Shown: one piece after another, positions 13,150 to 26,164 of the stretch | Layout: each line of letters starts with the position of its first letter | Numbering within the stretch: the stretch's first letter is position 1 | Source: Octopus sinensis | Taxonomy: Eukaryota | Length of the DNA stretch: 64,000 nucleotides | Direction: 5' to 3' | Assembly (NCBI RefSeq): GCF_006345805.1 | Contig: NC_043009.1 | Coordinates: 52,514,001 to 52,578,000 of the forward strand | The notes under the pieces: model-generated | Database searches by the model: none | What the model saw: the letters and a program-made list of their open reading frames with translations, nothing else | What the model was told of the DNA's origin: nothing | Translations under genes and position numbers: made by a program

Positions 13150-13768
13150 ATGGTGGTTGTCTACTCCTTATGCAGGGTTTGACCATCTCTTGTAACTACA
13201 CCTTAGCACCATCATGGCATCTCATGTGACTTTTTTTAAACCGGGCAATGTTCTGAAAAGACACCCACATAGATTGCACCTCCGATTTGGACCACCAAGA
13301 GCTGCAGACAAATTCTGCTCTTTGTGGATCTTAAATGTCTTTTGAGGTCTCAGTTGGATCTGCAAACCTTCTGGCATACACTTCATTCAAAGGTGTGCAC
13401 AGACACATAGGCAGAACTGTTGGTGGAGGTTGGTTTTCTGTGCGTTCGCAAATGAGATTTGAGGCCAGCAAAAGACAGGCATGGTCTGTCACAGACTGTG
13501 CACACAAAAAGGTCATTGTCATTCACCTTCTCGAACGCTACATTCTTCTTTAAATCTCTTTTGAGTTTTACTTGCGTTATCCTGGCCTCTTCAAATGCTT
13601 TCACTGCTCACCTTCATTCACCATCCAACTCGATCCGAAGCAAGGGTTTCTAAATCTTCTGGAACCATTCCAAGTGACTTCATAGTAGTCCTTATGCCGT
13701 CCTTAAAACTTTTTTCAGGTTTATACTGATAGCGTTTCCCCTCTGCAAGCTCACCATAGAACAGCCGC
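13150..13768 (-). mobile_element. RTE-clade LINE 3' relic with C-terminal C2H2 zinc fingers
   Basis: RLFYGELAEGKRYQYKPEKSFKD...LETLASDRVGW; CTVCDRPCLSFAGLKSHLRTH; a second frameshifted finger VCQKVCRSN*DLKRHLR. Confidence 0.8.
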
Positions 13769-13935
13769 GTACATACATATATGTACATACCTACATATAT
13801 ATGTATATATACATGCATATATGGGTACAGGACATAAAAAAAGTTGAACAAAATGAGAAACGAAAACATCAAAACAAAAAATATAGAAATCGAACATTTT
13901 TTTCGAACAACGAATCAAAAAACCAAACAGAGAAA

Positions 13936-14333
13936 TCTTTATATATAAAAGTGAGGTTGTGTGCTATCTGTCTCCTACGATTTAGATTCCTAACTACTTC
14001 CACATTTTGCGGTGCAGTTTAACCAAAACCGGTTATCTTATAGTCGTGATTCATATCGAGCCCTTCTGGGTTTTAGCACGCGTCTACGATGAGTCTACGT
14101 TTTAAAAAAATTTACCATCAATTTTTCCCATTTTTAATGCATTTTTGCTATCATATAAGGGAAGTAACTCTCTAAAAATTTATTATTAAATCTCAGAACG
14201 TAAAAAGCTACAGTAACACCCCCCTTCCTTTGTGGTTAGCCATATTGAGATGGCTATTATACTTTACATCTCTAAAAATGCTTATATAGTTATTTCCCTT
14301 TCAAACCCGAGCAACGCCGGGCGATACTGCTAG
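13936..14333 (+). mobile_element. Non-autonomous Helitron
   Basis: a|TCtttatatataaaa...cccgagcaacgccgggcgatactgCTAG|t; termini shared with 9400-9909. Confidence 0.88.
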
Positions 14334-14581
14334 TGAGACATATATCATAAAGAATATTCCCCTTCATCAGTTGTCCCTGTTTCATCTACTCCGCGTTTCT
14401 ACATGCATATAGCTATTTTGGAATACCTGCTTATCATTCATATAAATTGAATAACTTCAGGCGTTGGGAAACGAGTTCAACATGTTAATGTACTTCTCGT
14501 CTCGCAACACAAACCTCTCTCATTCCCTCACCATCTCACTATAGCCTTCATCCACCTTCCTAATCTATTACGGCCTTATTC

Positions 14582-14646
<65 letters not shown>

Positions 14647-14766
14647 TGTGGTGCTGGTGCTGGTGCTGGTGCTGGTTGTGATGGTGGTGGTAGTGGTGGT
14701 GGTGGTGGTGGTAGCAACGGCGGTGGTAGTAGTAGTAGTAGTAGCAGCAGCAGCAGCAGCAGTAGC

Positions 14767-14797
<31 letters not shown>

Positions 14798-14963
14798 CTA
14801 GTAGTAGTAGCAGTAGTAGTAGTAGTAGTAGTTGCAGCAGCAGCAACAGTAGTAGTAGCAGTAGTAGAAGTAGTAGTAGTAGTAGAAGTAGTAGTAGTAG
14901 AAGTAGTAGTAGTAGTAGTAGTAATAGTAGTTGCAACAGCAGCAACAGTAGTAGTAGCAGTAA

Positions 14964-15031
<68 letters not shown>
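14582..15031. repeat. Compound (GTA)n/(GTG)n/(GCA)n microsatellite
   Basis: Directly visible. Confidence 0.95.
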
Positions 15032-15032
<1 letters not shown>

Positions 15033-15554
15033 GGAGCTCGCCGTTGCATCCACCATTTGTTGGTGATTCCTTTCCCTACTCCTGATGGATGACTCCTTTG
15101 CTCTGCTCTGGCAACAAACCTCCAGCCCAGGGCTCTGCTCAGGTAGTCGTTACCAGTGAAATATTCTACGAGGCTGGAGTGCAAATCCTACCCCAGTCTC
15201 TTTTAGTCACCTTTTTCTATGACAAGCATAAGGAAGGTTGGGTCTATTCTTTGGCATGCCGGCCTGCACACACCACTTCTATAAACGGCACGTGAAATAC
15301 CATGGCTCAGGGATTCCAGGAAATACTTGTTAAACGCCCTATATAAAGCACTGTAGACGTAAACACAAACACACACACATACACACGTAAATATATATGT
15401 ATGTGGGTGTGTTTGTGTGCGTGCATGTGTGTATATAAATGTATACAAACATGCAAATGTAAATAAATACGTGGCATGTACATATGCGTATGTATATATG
15501 AACTTACATCTGTGTTCTTGTCCTCGTTTGTGTTTGCATGTGCTTGTGTGTAGG

Positions 15555-15604
<50 letters not shown>

Positions 15605-15789
15605 GTGTGTGTGTGTGTGTGTTGTGTTGTGTTTTATTAAACTACATTGTATTTAACTGCTTCCTGTTCTCTTTAAATTTCATTCATATACATCTTTTCA
15701 ATAATCTATGAAATGTATTCGTTACAATTCTTTATTTCTTCTCTCAGTTTGAGCCTCAAAATTAATGCATGTTTTGCAATAATCTTATT

Positions 15790-17290
15790 GAAGATTTTCT
15801 ACATTGCAGAAGAGAAACAATGAGCATTGAAAAATTAACTGAAGCCACCATTAATAAAATGCTGCGTGCACTGGATAACCAGTTGTATCAATACGGGCGT
15901 TCAACAGTTTCTTATGGTTTCCTAGCTACAGATCGCCAATAAGCAAATATGCTTGTAACCAAAACGAGTTCCTTCAGCCGAAGTTTATCACAATGATTAG
16001 ATAGATATGCTACGTAACGAAATGCCGATTGCTTGTGAGTGAATCAACAATGGAGATGGTCTGATATTTATTGGTGCTCCAAGAGAAACGGGCAAATAAT
16101 CCTGTGGAACTTAGTGCAGTCCTATAATCAAAAAAGCTGAATTGTGCTTGCCGCAGCTTCATCCTGTAGTTCAGCGAACTAGTAAAACTCGGGTGGACTG
16201 CAGATTCTTGCTTCAAATATCCCCGATAGATGTGTCAATCTTCATAGGCACCATGGTAAATTACGCCCTTTCTAACAGTAAATTCCAAGCAAGATTTGGT
16301 TTAATTTGTTTATGCAGATGAAGAAAATGAAGAAAGGATACTATCAACAAATATGCTTATTTCTTTATTACCCACAACGGGCTAAACACAGAGAGGACAA
16401 ACAAGGACAGACAAAGGGATTAAGTCGATTACATTGACCCCCCCAGTGCGTAACTGATACTTAATTTATCGACCCTGAAAGGATGAAGGAAATTCGGTCT
16501 CGGCGGAATTTGATCTCAGAACGTAACGGCAGACGAAATACCTATTTCTTTACTACCCACAAGGGGCTAAACATAGAGGGGACAAACAAGGACAGACAAA
16601 CGGATTAAGTCGATTATATCGACCCCAGTGCGTAACTGGTACTTATTTAATTGACACCGAAAGGATGAAAGGCAAAGTCGACGTCGGCGGAATTTGAACT
16701 CAGAAAGTAGGTGGCTGACGAAATATCGGTAAGCATTTCGTCCGGTGTGCTAACGTTTCTGCCAGCTCGCCGCCTTCAACAAATATTCTATCCCCAAATA
16801 TTCTATCAACAAAACAAACAGCAAGTTTAATAATCTAAATGATGAAATTAAGAATAATCTCCTGAAAATGTGATTATATTAATTAAAAAGTGTAATGTAG
16901 GTGGCAGAAGAAAATCAAGTTGTTGAATTCATTAAATATAAGCACTCTAATACCTAACAATATCAGTCAAGATAGTAAACCCGAAACTGAAACTATAGAA
17001 ATAGTCTCTACAATTATACATACACGACTTAGAATTCTCATCGATACTGCCAATATACAATGAGTAAACGTTGGAATGGTTTTCAGGATTTCTCTTTAAC
17101 CGATTAGGCATTCAAGTTCTATAGACCCTGCTTTTGTTATGCCGGTAAATAAGAGCCAAGGGCAAACTTTAAGGAGGAGCAGATTGTATCTTCAGACTGC
17201 CGCATCCACAAAAGAAACAATATTTTGCCATTAGTAGAATGGATAACCCAACGAACCTCCGTATATTTGTGGATCAGACAGAATTTAACA
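15790..17290 (+). pseudogene. Highly decayed Helitron RepHel (PIF1-like helicase) coding relic, interrupted by a SINE
   Basis: Collinear motifs: MLRALDNQLYQYGRSTVSYGF; GLIFIGAPRETGK (Walker A); IVLAAASS; GWTADSCFKYP (cf. GRTAHSxFKxP); PAFVMPVNKSQGQTL; YFAISRMDNPTNLRIFV. Many stops and frameshifts. Confidence 0.75.
16355..16775 (-). mobile_element. SINE family A (Nin/Deu-like central domain), dimeric, with TSD
   Basis: tRNA-like head ggcggcgagctggcagaaacgttagc...gagttcaaattcc; core gcctttcatcctttcgg...; 11-bp TSD TCAACAAATAT at 16344-16354 and 16776-16786. Confidence 0.9.
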
Positions 17291-17309
17291 TAATGTTTAA
17301 CAGAGCACA

Positions 17310-17830
17310 TTGACAAGAAATGTTCATGGAGAGATCATTTAAATGAATGTACCGTATTTTAACGTGTGTAAGGAACCCCCTAAGTTTTGGGGCTAAAAAT
17401 TTGGAAAAAAGTTTTGTAAGGGATTATAATATATCCGTGTATAAGAAACTCCCATATTTTTTAAACCTAAATTTTGTCAAAATAGAGTTCCTTATACACG
17501 ATAAAATACAGTACATACCCATTTGATAGAACCACGTGCCAGAATAATTGTGCAGTATGTTCTACAAACTCACATATGAACAGCAAAAAAAAATACTCTA
17601 TATGAGATTAAGTGCGCGATTATCCCAGAGTCATATATTGGTGAAACTTCTAGGAGCATCAATGACAGGTTCAAAGAACACCTGGAAAACTACATTAAAA
17701 AAAAACTCCATCTTCTATCAGCATGCTATAGACTTCCACAATGGCTGCTTAGTGAGACTTTAGTTAGACATCTTGTCTACACATCCCAGTAAACAAGTTG
17801 CGGTCTCAAAACGACGAAAATATTTTGACA
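17310..17830 (+). mobile_element. Penelope-like element GIY-YIG endonuclease relic (MITE inserted)
   Basis: TCQNNCAVCSTN...LYEIKC...ESYIGETSRSINDRFKEH...SIFYQHAIDFH. Confidence 0.8.
17352..17511. mobile_element. 160-bp MITE (Tc1/mariner/pogo-type)
   Basis: TIR ccgtattttaacgtgtgtaaggaac / gttccttatacacgataaaatacag; TA TSD on both sides. Confidence 0.88.
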
Positions 17831-17931
17831 AATTAAATCTAAATGCTGAAGTTAATATAACGGTTTTTGTGTTTTTAAATGGCTTATAAACACCTTCCAC
17901 GTTGCATTGCTATATATATATAGTAATATAG

Positions 17932-17965
<34 letters not shown>

Positions 17966-18071
17966 TATATATACGTATATATATATGTATATTATATATA
18001 TATATGTATATATATATATGCATACATACATATATATATTATTATATATATATATATATATTATATATATA

Positions 18072-18123
<52 letters not shown>

Positions 18124-18292
18124 TAATAGTTATCGCCAAACTAATATGGCAGTCCATAAATATAAGACTAAAGCTGTCGCTGATTAGCTCCAAGAGGCCA
18201 TCGCCTCTAGCTAGCTATATGACACACGAACCTGCGTCCATTACAACCTTCGAACAGGGGAGGTCAGCAGCTTCACCTTGCTGGTCAGACAT

Positions 18293-18333
18293 CTGCAGAC
18301 ATGTTTCAGGGTTGTTGCCCTTTATCAATGCAG
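18293..18333 (-). ncRNA. Minimal type I hammerhead motif, U3-A8 variant (left-arm copy)
   Basis: Exact reverse complement of 18518-18558. Confidence 0.7.
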
Positions 18334-18517
18334 CGTAGTCAGACCCAGCAGGTGTCGCTACCGACCGTCTGTTCGAAGATTTTATTTACCTAGTTACAGA
18401 GACTTAGTAATTTTAATATTTCTATTATTGAAAACAAGTCGATGTATTCCACTGTAACTAGGTAAATAAAATCTTCGAACAGACGGTCGGTAGCGACACC
18501 TACTGGGTCTGACTACG

Positions 18518-18558
18518 CTGCATTGATAAAGGGCAACAACCCTGAAACATGTCTGCAG
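18518..18558 (+). ncRNA. Minimal type I hammerhead motif, U3-A8 variant
   Basis: ctgca-TTGATAA-aggg caacaa ccct-GAAA-catg-TC-tgcag. 5-bp helix I, 4-bp helix II, palindromic ACATGT helix III, GUC site. Confidence 0.72.
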
Positions 18559-19687
18559 ATGTCTGACCACCAAGGTGAAGCCGATGACCTCCCCTGTTCG
18601 AAGGTTGTAATGGACGTAGGTTCATGTGTCATATAGCTAGCTAGAGGCGATGGCCTGTTGGAGCTAATCAGCGACAGCTTTAGTCTTATATTTATGGACT
18701 GCCATATTAGTTTGGCGATAACCATTAATATCCAGTAACGCTGCCGTAATCTCCCTTATATATATATGTGTGTATATATATATAAATATATATATATGTA
18801 TATATTTTATATATATATATGCATGTATTATGTATATGAATGTATTCGCGCGCGTGCGTGCATGAATGTATGTGTTCGTGTGTGTTTTAACAGCATATGG
18901 AAAAGAAATGTAAATAATGATTTTTTTTATATATCTTTATCCAATGGCCGTAATTCGCGTTTAGAGAGTAAAAACGGTTTTAGCAATGATTTGAAACTGA
19001 GCCACTAATTCTATTTTCCTTCGTAATGTTTACAAAGAAAGTAAACATGATAATTAATATTACAAATCATAGAAGTAAAATGACAATAAGATCATTAAAA
19101 TTCCTCTTTGATTTTTGTATATGCCACACTCCCGCCCACCCACCTGCTATACAATTGGAAAAATTTATACGATTATATAAAAACAAGTTAGCAAAGCTTT
19201 TAAGATATAACAATATTCTTATCCACCCTTAAATTTCCACGTTATAGCTCTCGAAATTTTTCATTAAAATTCTTGCTCATTAATTAAAAATATTGATTAA
19301 CAATACATGTCTTCTAATTAGACAATGCTGGCTAGACATCTTGTCTGCTCCCAGGGCTGGAATTTATAGTGTCTGCTGAAGAAAGACAGATGTAAAATGG
19401 TGTAAAATAGTTTTATGTATATTGATGCGAGTATTTTATACAATGGTGATATATAAGTTTGATTCTTCAAGAACAAATTCTTTTCAAACGAAGAGGCATT
19501 TTCGTTAATCTTCAGTAACAGCGTATTTACTATGGAATGTATAATATCCAATTCCACCTGTCAATGGCCTCTATTTTTCTCGCTGTATCCTATTTGTAAT
19601 TCATTTATCGATCACTGTTAATATTTATTTTTAATATGATTTTTAAGTGTATGCAGTGTGAGCATATGTGTGATTATATATATATAT

Positions 19688-19779
<92 letters not shown>

Positions 19780-20049
19780 GACAGATAGATATAGATATAT
19801 ATATGTGTGTGTATGAGTGCGTGTGTATGCGTGTGTGTGTAAAGCGGATAGAGAGAGTTACAAACTTACTTGGATATACACCACATGCAAACGTGTATAT
19901 ACATGTCTGTATGTCTAAGTGCATATCTATATGCGCGCGTGTGTGTGTTCATTTGTGAATGTGTGTGTATATATAAATGAATGTACGTGCGTGTATGGAC
20001 ATGCAAATATGCATATATGATTATATTTTTTATATATGGACGCAAAACG

Positions 20050-20129
<80 letters not shown>

Positions 20130-20300
20130 TTGGTAAATATTAATTTTTGTTTTACTTGGAGATATAATATCAAAACAATTTAAGATTAAAGCAAGAAAGA
20201 ACACTCAATGAAATATTGTTTAGTAGTGTACATGTTCATTAAACATTTACAAGAAGAGGAGGGAGAGAGACTTTCACTTATTTACATAATATATATATAA

Positions 20301-20354
<54 letters not shown>

Positions 20355-20399
20355 CCATACAAATGTAATGTTTGCATACGTGCGTACACATGCACGCTC

Positions 20400-20439
<40 letters not shown>

Positions 20440-20444
20440 TAAAT

Positions 20445-20648
20445 GCGCCCTTTTAAATCGTAGCCAGGCTCATGGGCCCGGTTTCTCGGTTTCAACGGCG
20501 TATGTGTTCCCCAGCTGGACGGGACGCCAATCCATCGCAGCGTTACGCATTTTTTACCAGCTGAATGGACTGGAGCAACATCCAGGAATCGAAACCACAA
20601 TCTTACGATCATGATGCTGACACCCTATCCACTAAGCCACGCGCCTCC
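20445..20648 (-). mobile_element. tRNA-derived SINE with V-domain-like motif
   Basis: A box tggcttagtgg, B box ggtttcgattcc, ctgcgatggattggcgtcccgtccag; related tail at 55-112. Confidence 0.7.
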
Positions 20649-21414
20649 ACACACACACACATGTATGTATGTATGTATGTATGTATATATGTATGTATGT
20701 ATGTATTACAGTTGCTATTACCGGTAAAAGTTTTAGTTGCCAGTTCTGTACAAGACATAGTAGATCTTTAGCTGGGCTAAAAAGTCACATTCGATCACAG
20801 CACCAGTAACAGTTAAGCTTCGTGCAATGGCCATACTCGATAACGAGGGGACCGCCATAATGTATGCATGTGAGTGCGTGTGTATGCGTGTATTTGCGCC
20901 CGCGCATATATATATGCATGTAACTGATATTTTACATGAAGCATGTCGGAAGGTAGGTACGGTACTTTTTCTTTTACTAATTTTTATATTACTATAACAT
21001 CTAAGTGTTTGGTACAACCGAAAGCCCATAAAAACCATTAGTTAATTATATTGATTAGAAAACAAAAGCCATATAGAAACAACTACAAACAGGTTTGAAA
21101 TTGTGGCACAAAGGTTGCTATTTTCAAGAGAATGGTACTTGTTTTCGTTGCATCTGAAATGATGAAACACAACATCAATCTCGGTGTAATTTGAACTCAG
21201 ATCTTAATGACTCGAAAGAAATGCCGGGTAAGCATTTTGTTCGACATACTTATGATTTTTTCAGTTCGAGACACCTTAGCATTTTTTGAAAAGTAATCAT
21301 AATTTCTCAGAAAAATATAAGACAATGTTTTGCGTTAACTGTATTTATTTGCATATTTTTATGAAGATCACACATGTGTGTATGTGTACGCATATATACA
21401 CACACGCATACGCA

Positions 21415-21483
<69 letters not shown>

Positions 21484-21639
21484 ACATACAAATAACTCCA
21501 GCAAACGTGAGAAATAGTCATATAAAAAATGAGTTCAAAAAACATATATGGCCTAAAGTAATTTGCATAATTTAAACACAAAGAAATATGAAGAACAAAG
21601 TTAAACAAAAGTGTATTAAATGGCATAATAAACAGAGAG

Positions 21640-21673
21640 TCAGACAGACAGGCAGGCATACGGACAGACAGAC

Positions 21674-21751
<78 letters not shown>

Positions 21752-21766
21752 GACAGAGAGACAGAC

Positions 21767-21844
<78 letters not shown>

Positions 21845-21871
21845 GACAGACAGACAGACAGACAGACAGAC

Positions 21872-21953
<82 letters not shown>

Positions 21954-21980
21954 GACAGACAGACAGACAGACAGACAGAC

Positions 21981-22046
<66 letters not shown>

Positions 22047-22073
22047 GACAGACAGACAGACAGAGAGACAGAC

Positions 22074-22159
<86 letters not shown>

Positions 22160-22182
22160 GACAGACAGACAGACAGACAGAC

Positions 22183-22251
<69 letters not shown>
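21640..22251. repeat. (GATA)n/(GACA)n compound microsatellite with higher-order blocks
   Basis: Blocks recur, each beginning gatag-gacagaca. Confidence 0.95.
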
Positions 22252-22252
<1 letters not shown>

Positions 22253-22688
22253 AGGATATACATATATATGGAGATATGAGAGAGAGACAATATCTTGTGT
22301 GTATTGTGTGCGTGCGCGTGTGTGTGTGTGTGTATGTGCGCGCTTTTGTGCGCGCGTGTGTGTAACCGAATGGCTGAGTGCCATGCAAAATGCTTTGCAT
22401 TTATTTACCATCTACTTCACAATTGCATTAATGTTACCTTTCAGCTTTCGAAAAAATTATAACTGAAGTACCACAGTACCATATAAGCAACAGAATATTG
22501 GTTGATTTAATTGTGATACCTTCTCGAAATTGTTTGGATCTGTTCCAAAACAGGACATAAATGTTTGTATTTATCCGCAGTTCAACACTATACGAGCAGA
22601 CCTATGCGGAAGACGTTCTAGATAAAGCCGTCTTGTACTGTTAGAATTATGCATCTGTGACTACATTAGCCAATGTATCTTAACGATA

Positions 22689-23440
22689 AGACGGCGAGCT
22701 GGCAGAAACGTTAGCACGCCGGGCGAAATGCTTACCGTTATTTCGTCTGTCTTTATGTTATGAGTTCAAATTCCGCCGAGGTCGACATTTGCCTTTCATC
22801 CGGAGTCGATGAATTAAGTACCAGTTACACACTGGGGTCGATATAATCGACTTAACCCGTTTGTATGTCCTTGTTTGTCCCCTCTCTGATTAGCCCCTTG
22901 TGGGTAGTAAAGAAATAGGTATTTTGTCTGCCGTTACGTTCTGAGTTCAAATTCCGCCGAGGTCGACTTTGCCTTTCATCCTTTCGGGGTCGATAAATTA
23001 AGTACCAGTTACGCACTGGGGTCGATGTAATCGACTTTATCCGTTCGTCTGTCCTTGTTTGTCCCCTCTATGTTTAGCCCCTTGTGGGCAATAATGAAAT
23101 AAGAAAATGCTTAGCGTTATTTCGTCTGTCTTTGCGTTCTGAGTTCAAATTCCGCTGATGTCGACATTGCCTTTCATCCTTTCGGGGTCGATAAATTAAG
23201 TACCAGTAATGTACTAGGGTCAATCTAATCGATTACCCAACTCCAAAAAAAATTGGGGCCTTGTGCCTGGAGTAGAGAAGAATATATCTTAGTAGCATTA
23301 CGCCCTTTGCAACGTTCTGAGTTCAAAATTCCGCCGTGGTCGACTTTGCCTTTCATCCTTTAGGAGTCGATAAATTAAGTACCAGTTGCGTACTGGAGTC
23401 GTTCTAATTGTTTGCCCCCTCCCCCAAAACTTCAGGTATT
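22689..23440 (+). mobile_element. SINE family A tandem cluster (about 4 units)
   Basis: Repeated gagttcaaattccgccgaggtcgac...gcctttcatcc...gataaattaagtaccag units. Confidence 0.9.
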
Positions 23441-24332
23441 GCTCACGATCGTAAGCACGTGAGTTCGATTTCCGGCCGTGCGATGCGTCCTTGAGCCACA
23501 GACTTTGTTTCACGTTGCTAGGTAAAAAATCTGTTGTACCAGTTGTGACACGCTGGATCTGCCTGAGAACTACGTTAATTTCTCCAACTGGCTTATCAAG
23601 ATCAACTGGAACACACGTGGTCGTAACCGACATAGTGCCGATTATATAGAATGGTTGCTTATCAAATAGCCAAGTTTGCAAATTTCTATAAGCTCTCATG
23701 ATAAGGCGGGAATATTAACTTTTGGTATTTTTGTTTTTTGTTTTTTTGTTTTGTTTTTTGCTTTTGTTTTTTCCCCAGCTATTTGTCGGGAAAAAAAACA
23801 CAGGTTTACACTTATCAGGTGAGAACAAGATTTTACTCATCGTATGTTATAATATTTAAAGATGGACAAATTGTGCACTAGACTGAAAAAGATGGTGGCT
23901 GATCAATCAGCGACTGCAGCTGTGACAATGCTGGAAGTCTTGCTGCTGCTCTACAGGTCATATTCATGCCGTCAAATCCGTGTAGAAATTCAGACAAACA
24001 TGATTCAATGACTCAGTTAAGGTGTCTCTGCGTCCTTGCTATCTTTGCAAGAAATCGACAAACCTGGTATCATACAGAGGTGGACGAAATCATTTAGGAG
24101 TTCGATTTAACTAACTGATTACTACAATTTAGAAGGTGGTGTTTCGGCTTCGCCATAGCCTAATGATAGAAACAAGTAAAAGAATATAGCTATTAATTCG
24201 ACTCAAAATTTAAGGTGGTCCCCCAGCAAGACAGCAGCTTAATGACTGAAATAAGTAAATATACACACACATACACACACACACACATATATATATATAC
24301 TTTATTTAAAGCAGCAGAAAATTCAACAGAAC

Positions 24333-24370
24333 CTGTTACTCTGAGTTTCCCGTTGCCGTTCATCGGACAG
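24333..24370 (-). ncRNA. Minimal type I hammerhead-like motif (U4C variant)
   Basis: ctgt-CCGATGA-acggcaacgg-GAAA-ctcagag-TA-acag. Helix II is weak. Confidence 0.5.
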
Positions 24371-24413
24371 TTTTTGCTAGCAAAAACTGTCCGATGAACG
24401 GCAACGGGAAACT
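24344..24413. repeat. Perfect 70-bp palindrome
   Basis: agtttcccgttgccgttcatcggacagtttttgct|agcaaaaactgtccgatgaacggcaacgggaaact. Confidence 0.97.
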
Positions 24414-24805
24414 ATATATATATATAAAATGCACACTTATATAAATGCACATATACATACACACACACACATATAAATACACATGTACATATAAACACAC
24501 ATACATAATTACATACATACATGTATGTAATTACATACATACGTACATATATATATGTGTGTGTCTGCGTGTCAGTGTACATCTACATACTCGACCACAC
24601 ACACTTTTAAATGTATAGGTGTATGCATATACATATATATATGTATGTACTTATACATGCATATACATATATGTGTGTTTATATATACACATACATATAA
24701 TGTGTGAGTGTATGTGTGTGTGTATGTGTGTGCACGCGTTTGCGTGCGTGTGTGTGTGTATTGTGTGTCTGTGTGTGCGTGTGTTTGTAATGTATTAACC
24801 GAATA

Positions 24806-25033
24806 TATTTTTTTACTACCCACAAGGGGCTAAACATAGAGGGGACAAACAAGGGGATTAAGCCGATTACATCGACCCCAGTGCGTAACTGGTACTTTAT
24901 TTATCGACCCCGAAAGGATGAAAGGCAAAGTCGACCCCGGCGGAATTTGAACTCAGAACGTAACGGCAGACGACATACCGCAAAGGATTACGCCCGGCGT
25001 GCTAACGTTTATGCCAGCTCGCAGCCTTTAAAA
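24806..25033 (-). mobile_element. SINE family A, full length with TSD
   Basis: 13-bp TSD TATTAACCGAATA at 24793-24805 and 25034-25046. Confidence 0.9.
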
Positions 25034-26164
25034 TATTAACCGAATAATGAAGTCTTACATACTCTATCTTAAAACCAAAACGTGGAGGTCATGACTGGAA
25101 TATCATTGATTATAGATCCGATGAATAAGAGCTAAACTGGCGGCGGGGAGGCAAATACCAAAAAGAACATCAACAATAACAGTAACTGGACAATAATCAG
25201 TACGTTTCACATGTAGAATAATACTATGTTATCGGATTATACTAATATACCTCAGATACTTGTTTCTTGTTCAATTTCAAACGTCATGTTTTTGAGGAAC
25301 TCTCATACATATCGATACAATGCTTAAATACTGAAAGTTAAGTTAGAAAGTCCCGTGAGAATTTCTTGGTATTCTACTCGTCTTGTATCTTAAAGTTATT
25401 TAAGTTATTTATGTGTAGTTTTTAGTACCAGCTTTCGAGTTTAGTTGAAAAGTGTGATGGCATTTAACAGACTTCAATTTCAGGAGCACATATTAATATA
25501 GATGAAAAGGACAGCCATTTCAGGTGGGAAATCAAAGAATGCATGTTTAATGAATAAAAAAAAAACAGCTAATAGAACTACTTAAAGGTTGCTTGAAGAC
25601 CAGTTGACAGTATATTGTATATTGTTGCTGAAGAAAAGTATCGAATTGATAAAGATATCGAAAAGGGAATTATTTCTGAAAGTCTATGACAATAGAATCT
25701 CAGACATTTCCAACATTCTCAAAATTAATTGAAGTTAAAGGAAGCTCTGGGGAGAATAATTGAAGAATATGGCATATGCGAAATTGACTAAAGACCAAGT
25801 CTTCAGTGTCGCAACTCTGTTTTTCTTTTAACTAATGAAGAGATGATCGAATCTAAAAAGAAAAGAATTTATAGTCAGCTAAATTGAACCCAAGCGAATT
25901 ACTGATACTTTTGCAAAACAATGAAGGAGGATTTTAGAAAATCGCTCAACACACTAAGCAATAACATTTAAACTATCTCTTGAACCACAGCCTACTGTCT
26001 TAGAAAACGGCACGTTCTATAAGATGAGGTTGACCAGGTTATAAAGTACCTAATAAAATTGGGATGGTCATGGTTGGATCAAAGCTGATATCAGGGTCAA
26101 GCAATAATAACAACAGCAAAACAACAAAATCTGGTACTTATACAGCAGACAAGTGAAATATTGC

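Larger units (their letters stand above)
18120..18731. repeat. Fold-back element: 280-bp inverted arms with a 52-bp spacer
   Basis: Arms 18120-18399 and 18452-18731; about 8 mismatches by eye and no indels; (TA)n on both sides. Confidence 0.97.

Noticed and set aside
14340-14400. Minus-strand CTGATGA with upstream GAAAC
   Set aside because: No consistent helices for any hammerhead topology.
15032-15345. GC-richer block after (GTA)n
   Set aside because: Probably a retroelement tail, but single-copy here and with no coding motif.
19318-19557. 79-aa minus-strand ORF
   Set aside because: No recognisable domain and no convincing splice-site pair.
25440-25960. Possible pogo/Tigger relic (NIDEK..FRW, LTNEEMIE)
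   Set aside because: Motifs are too short and decayed to support a call.
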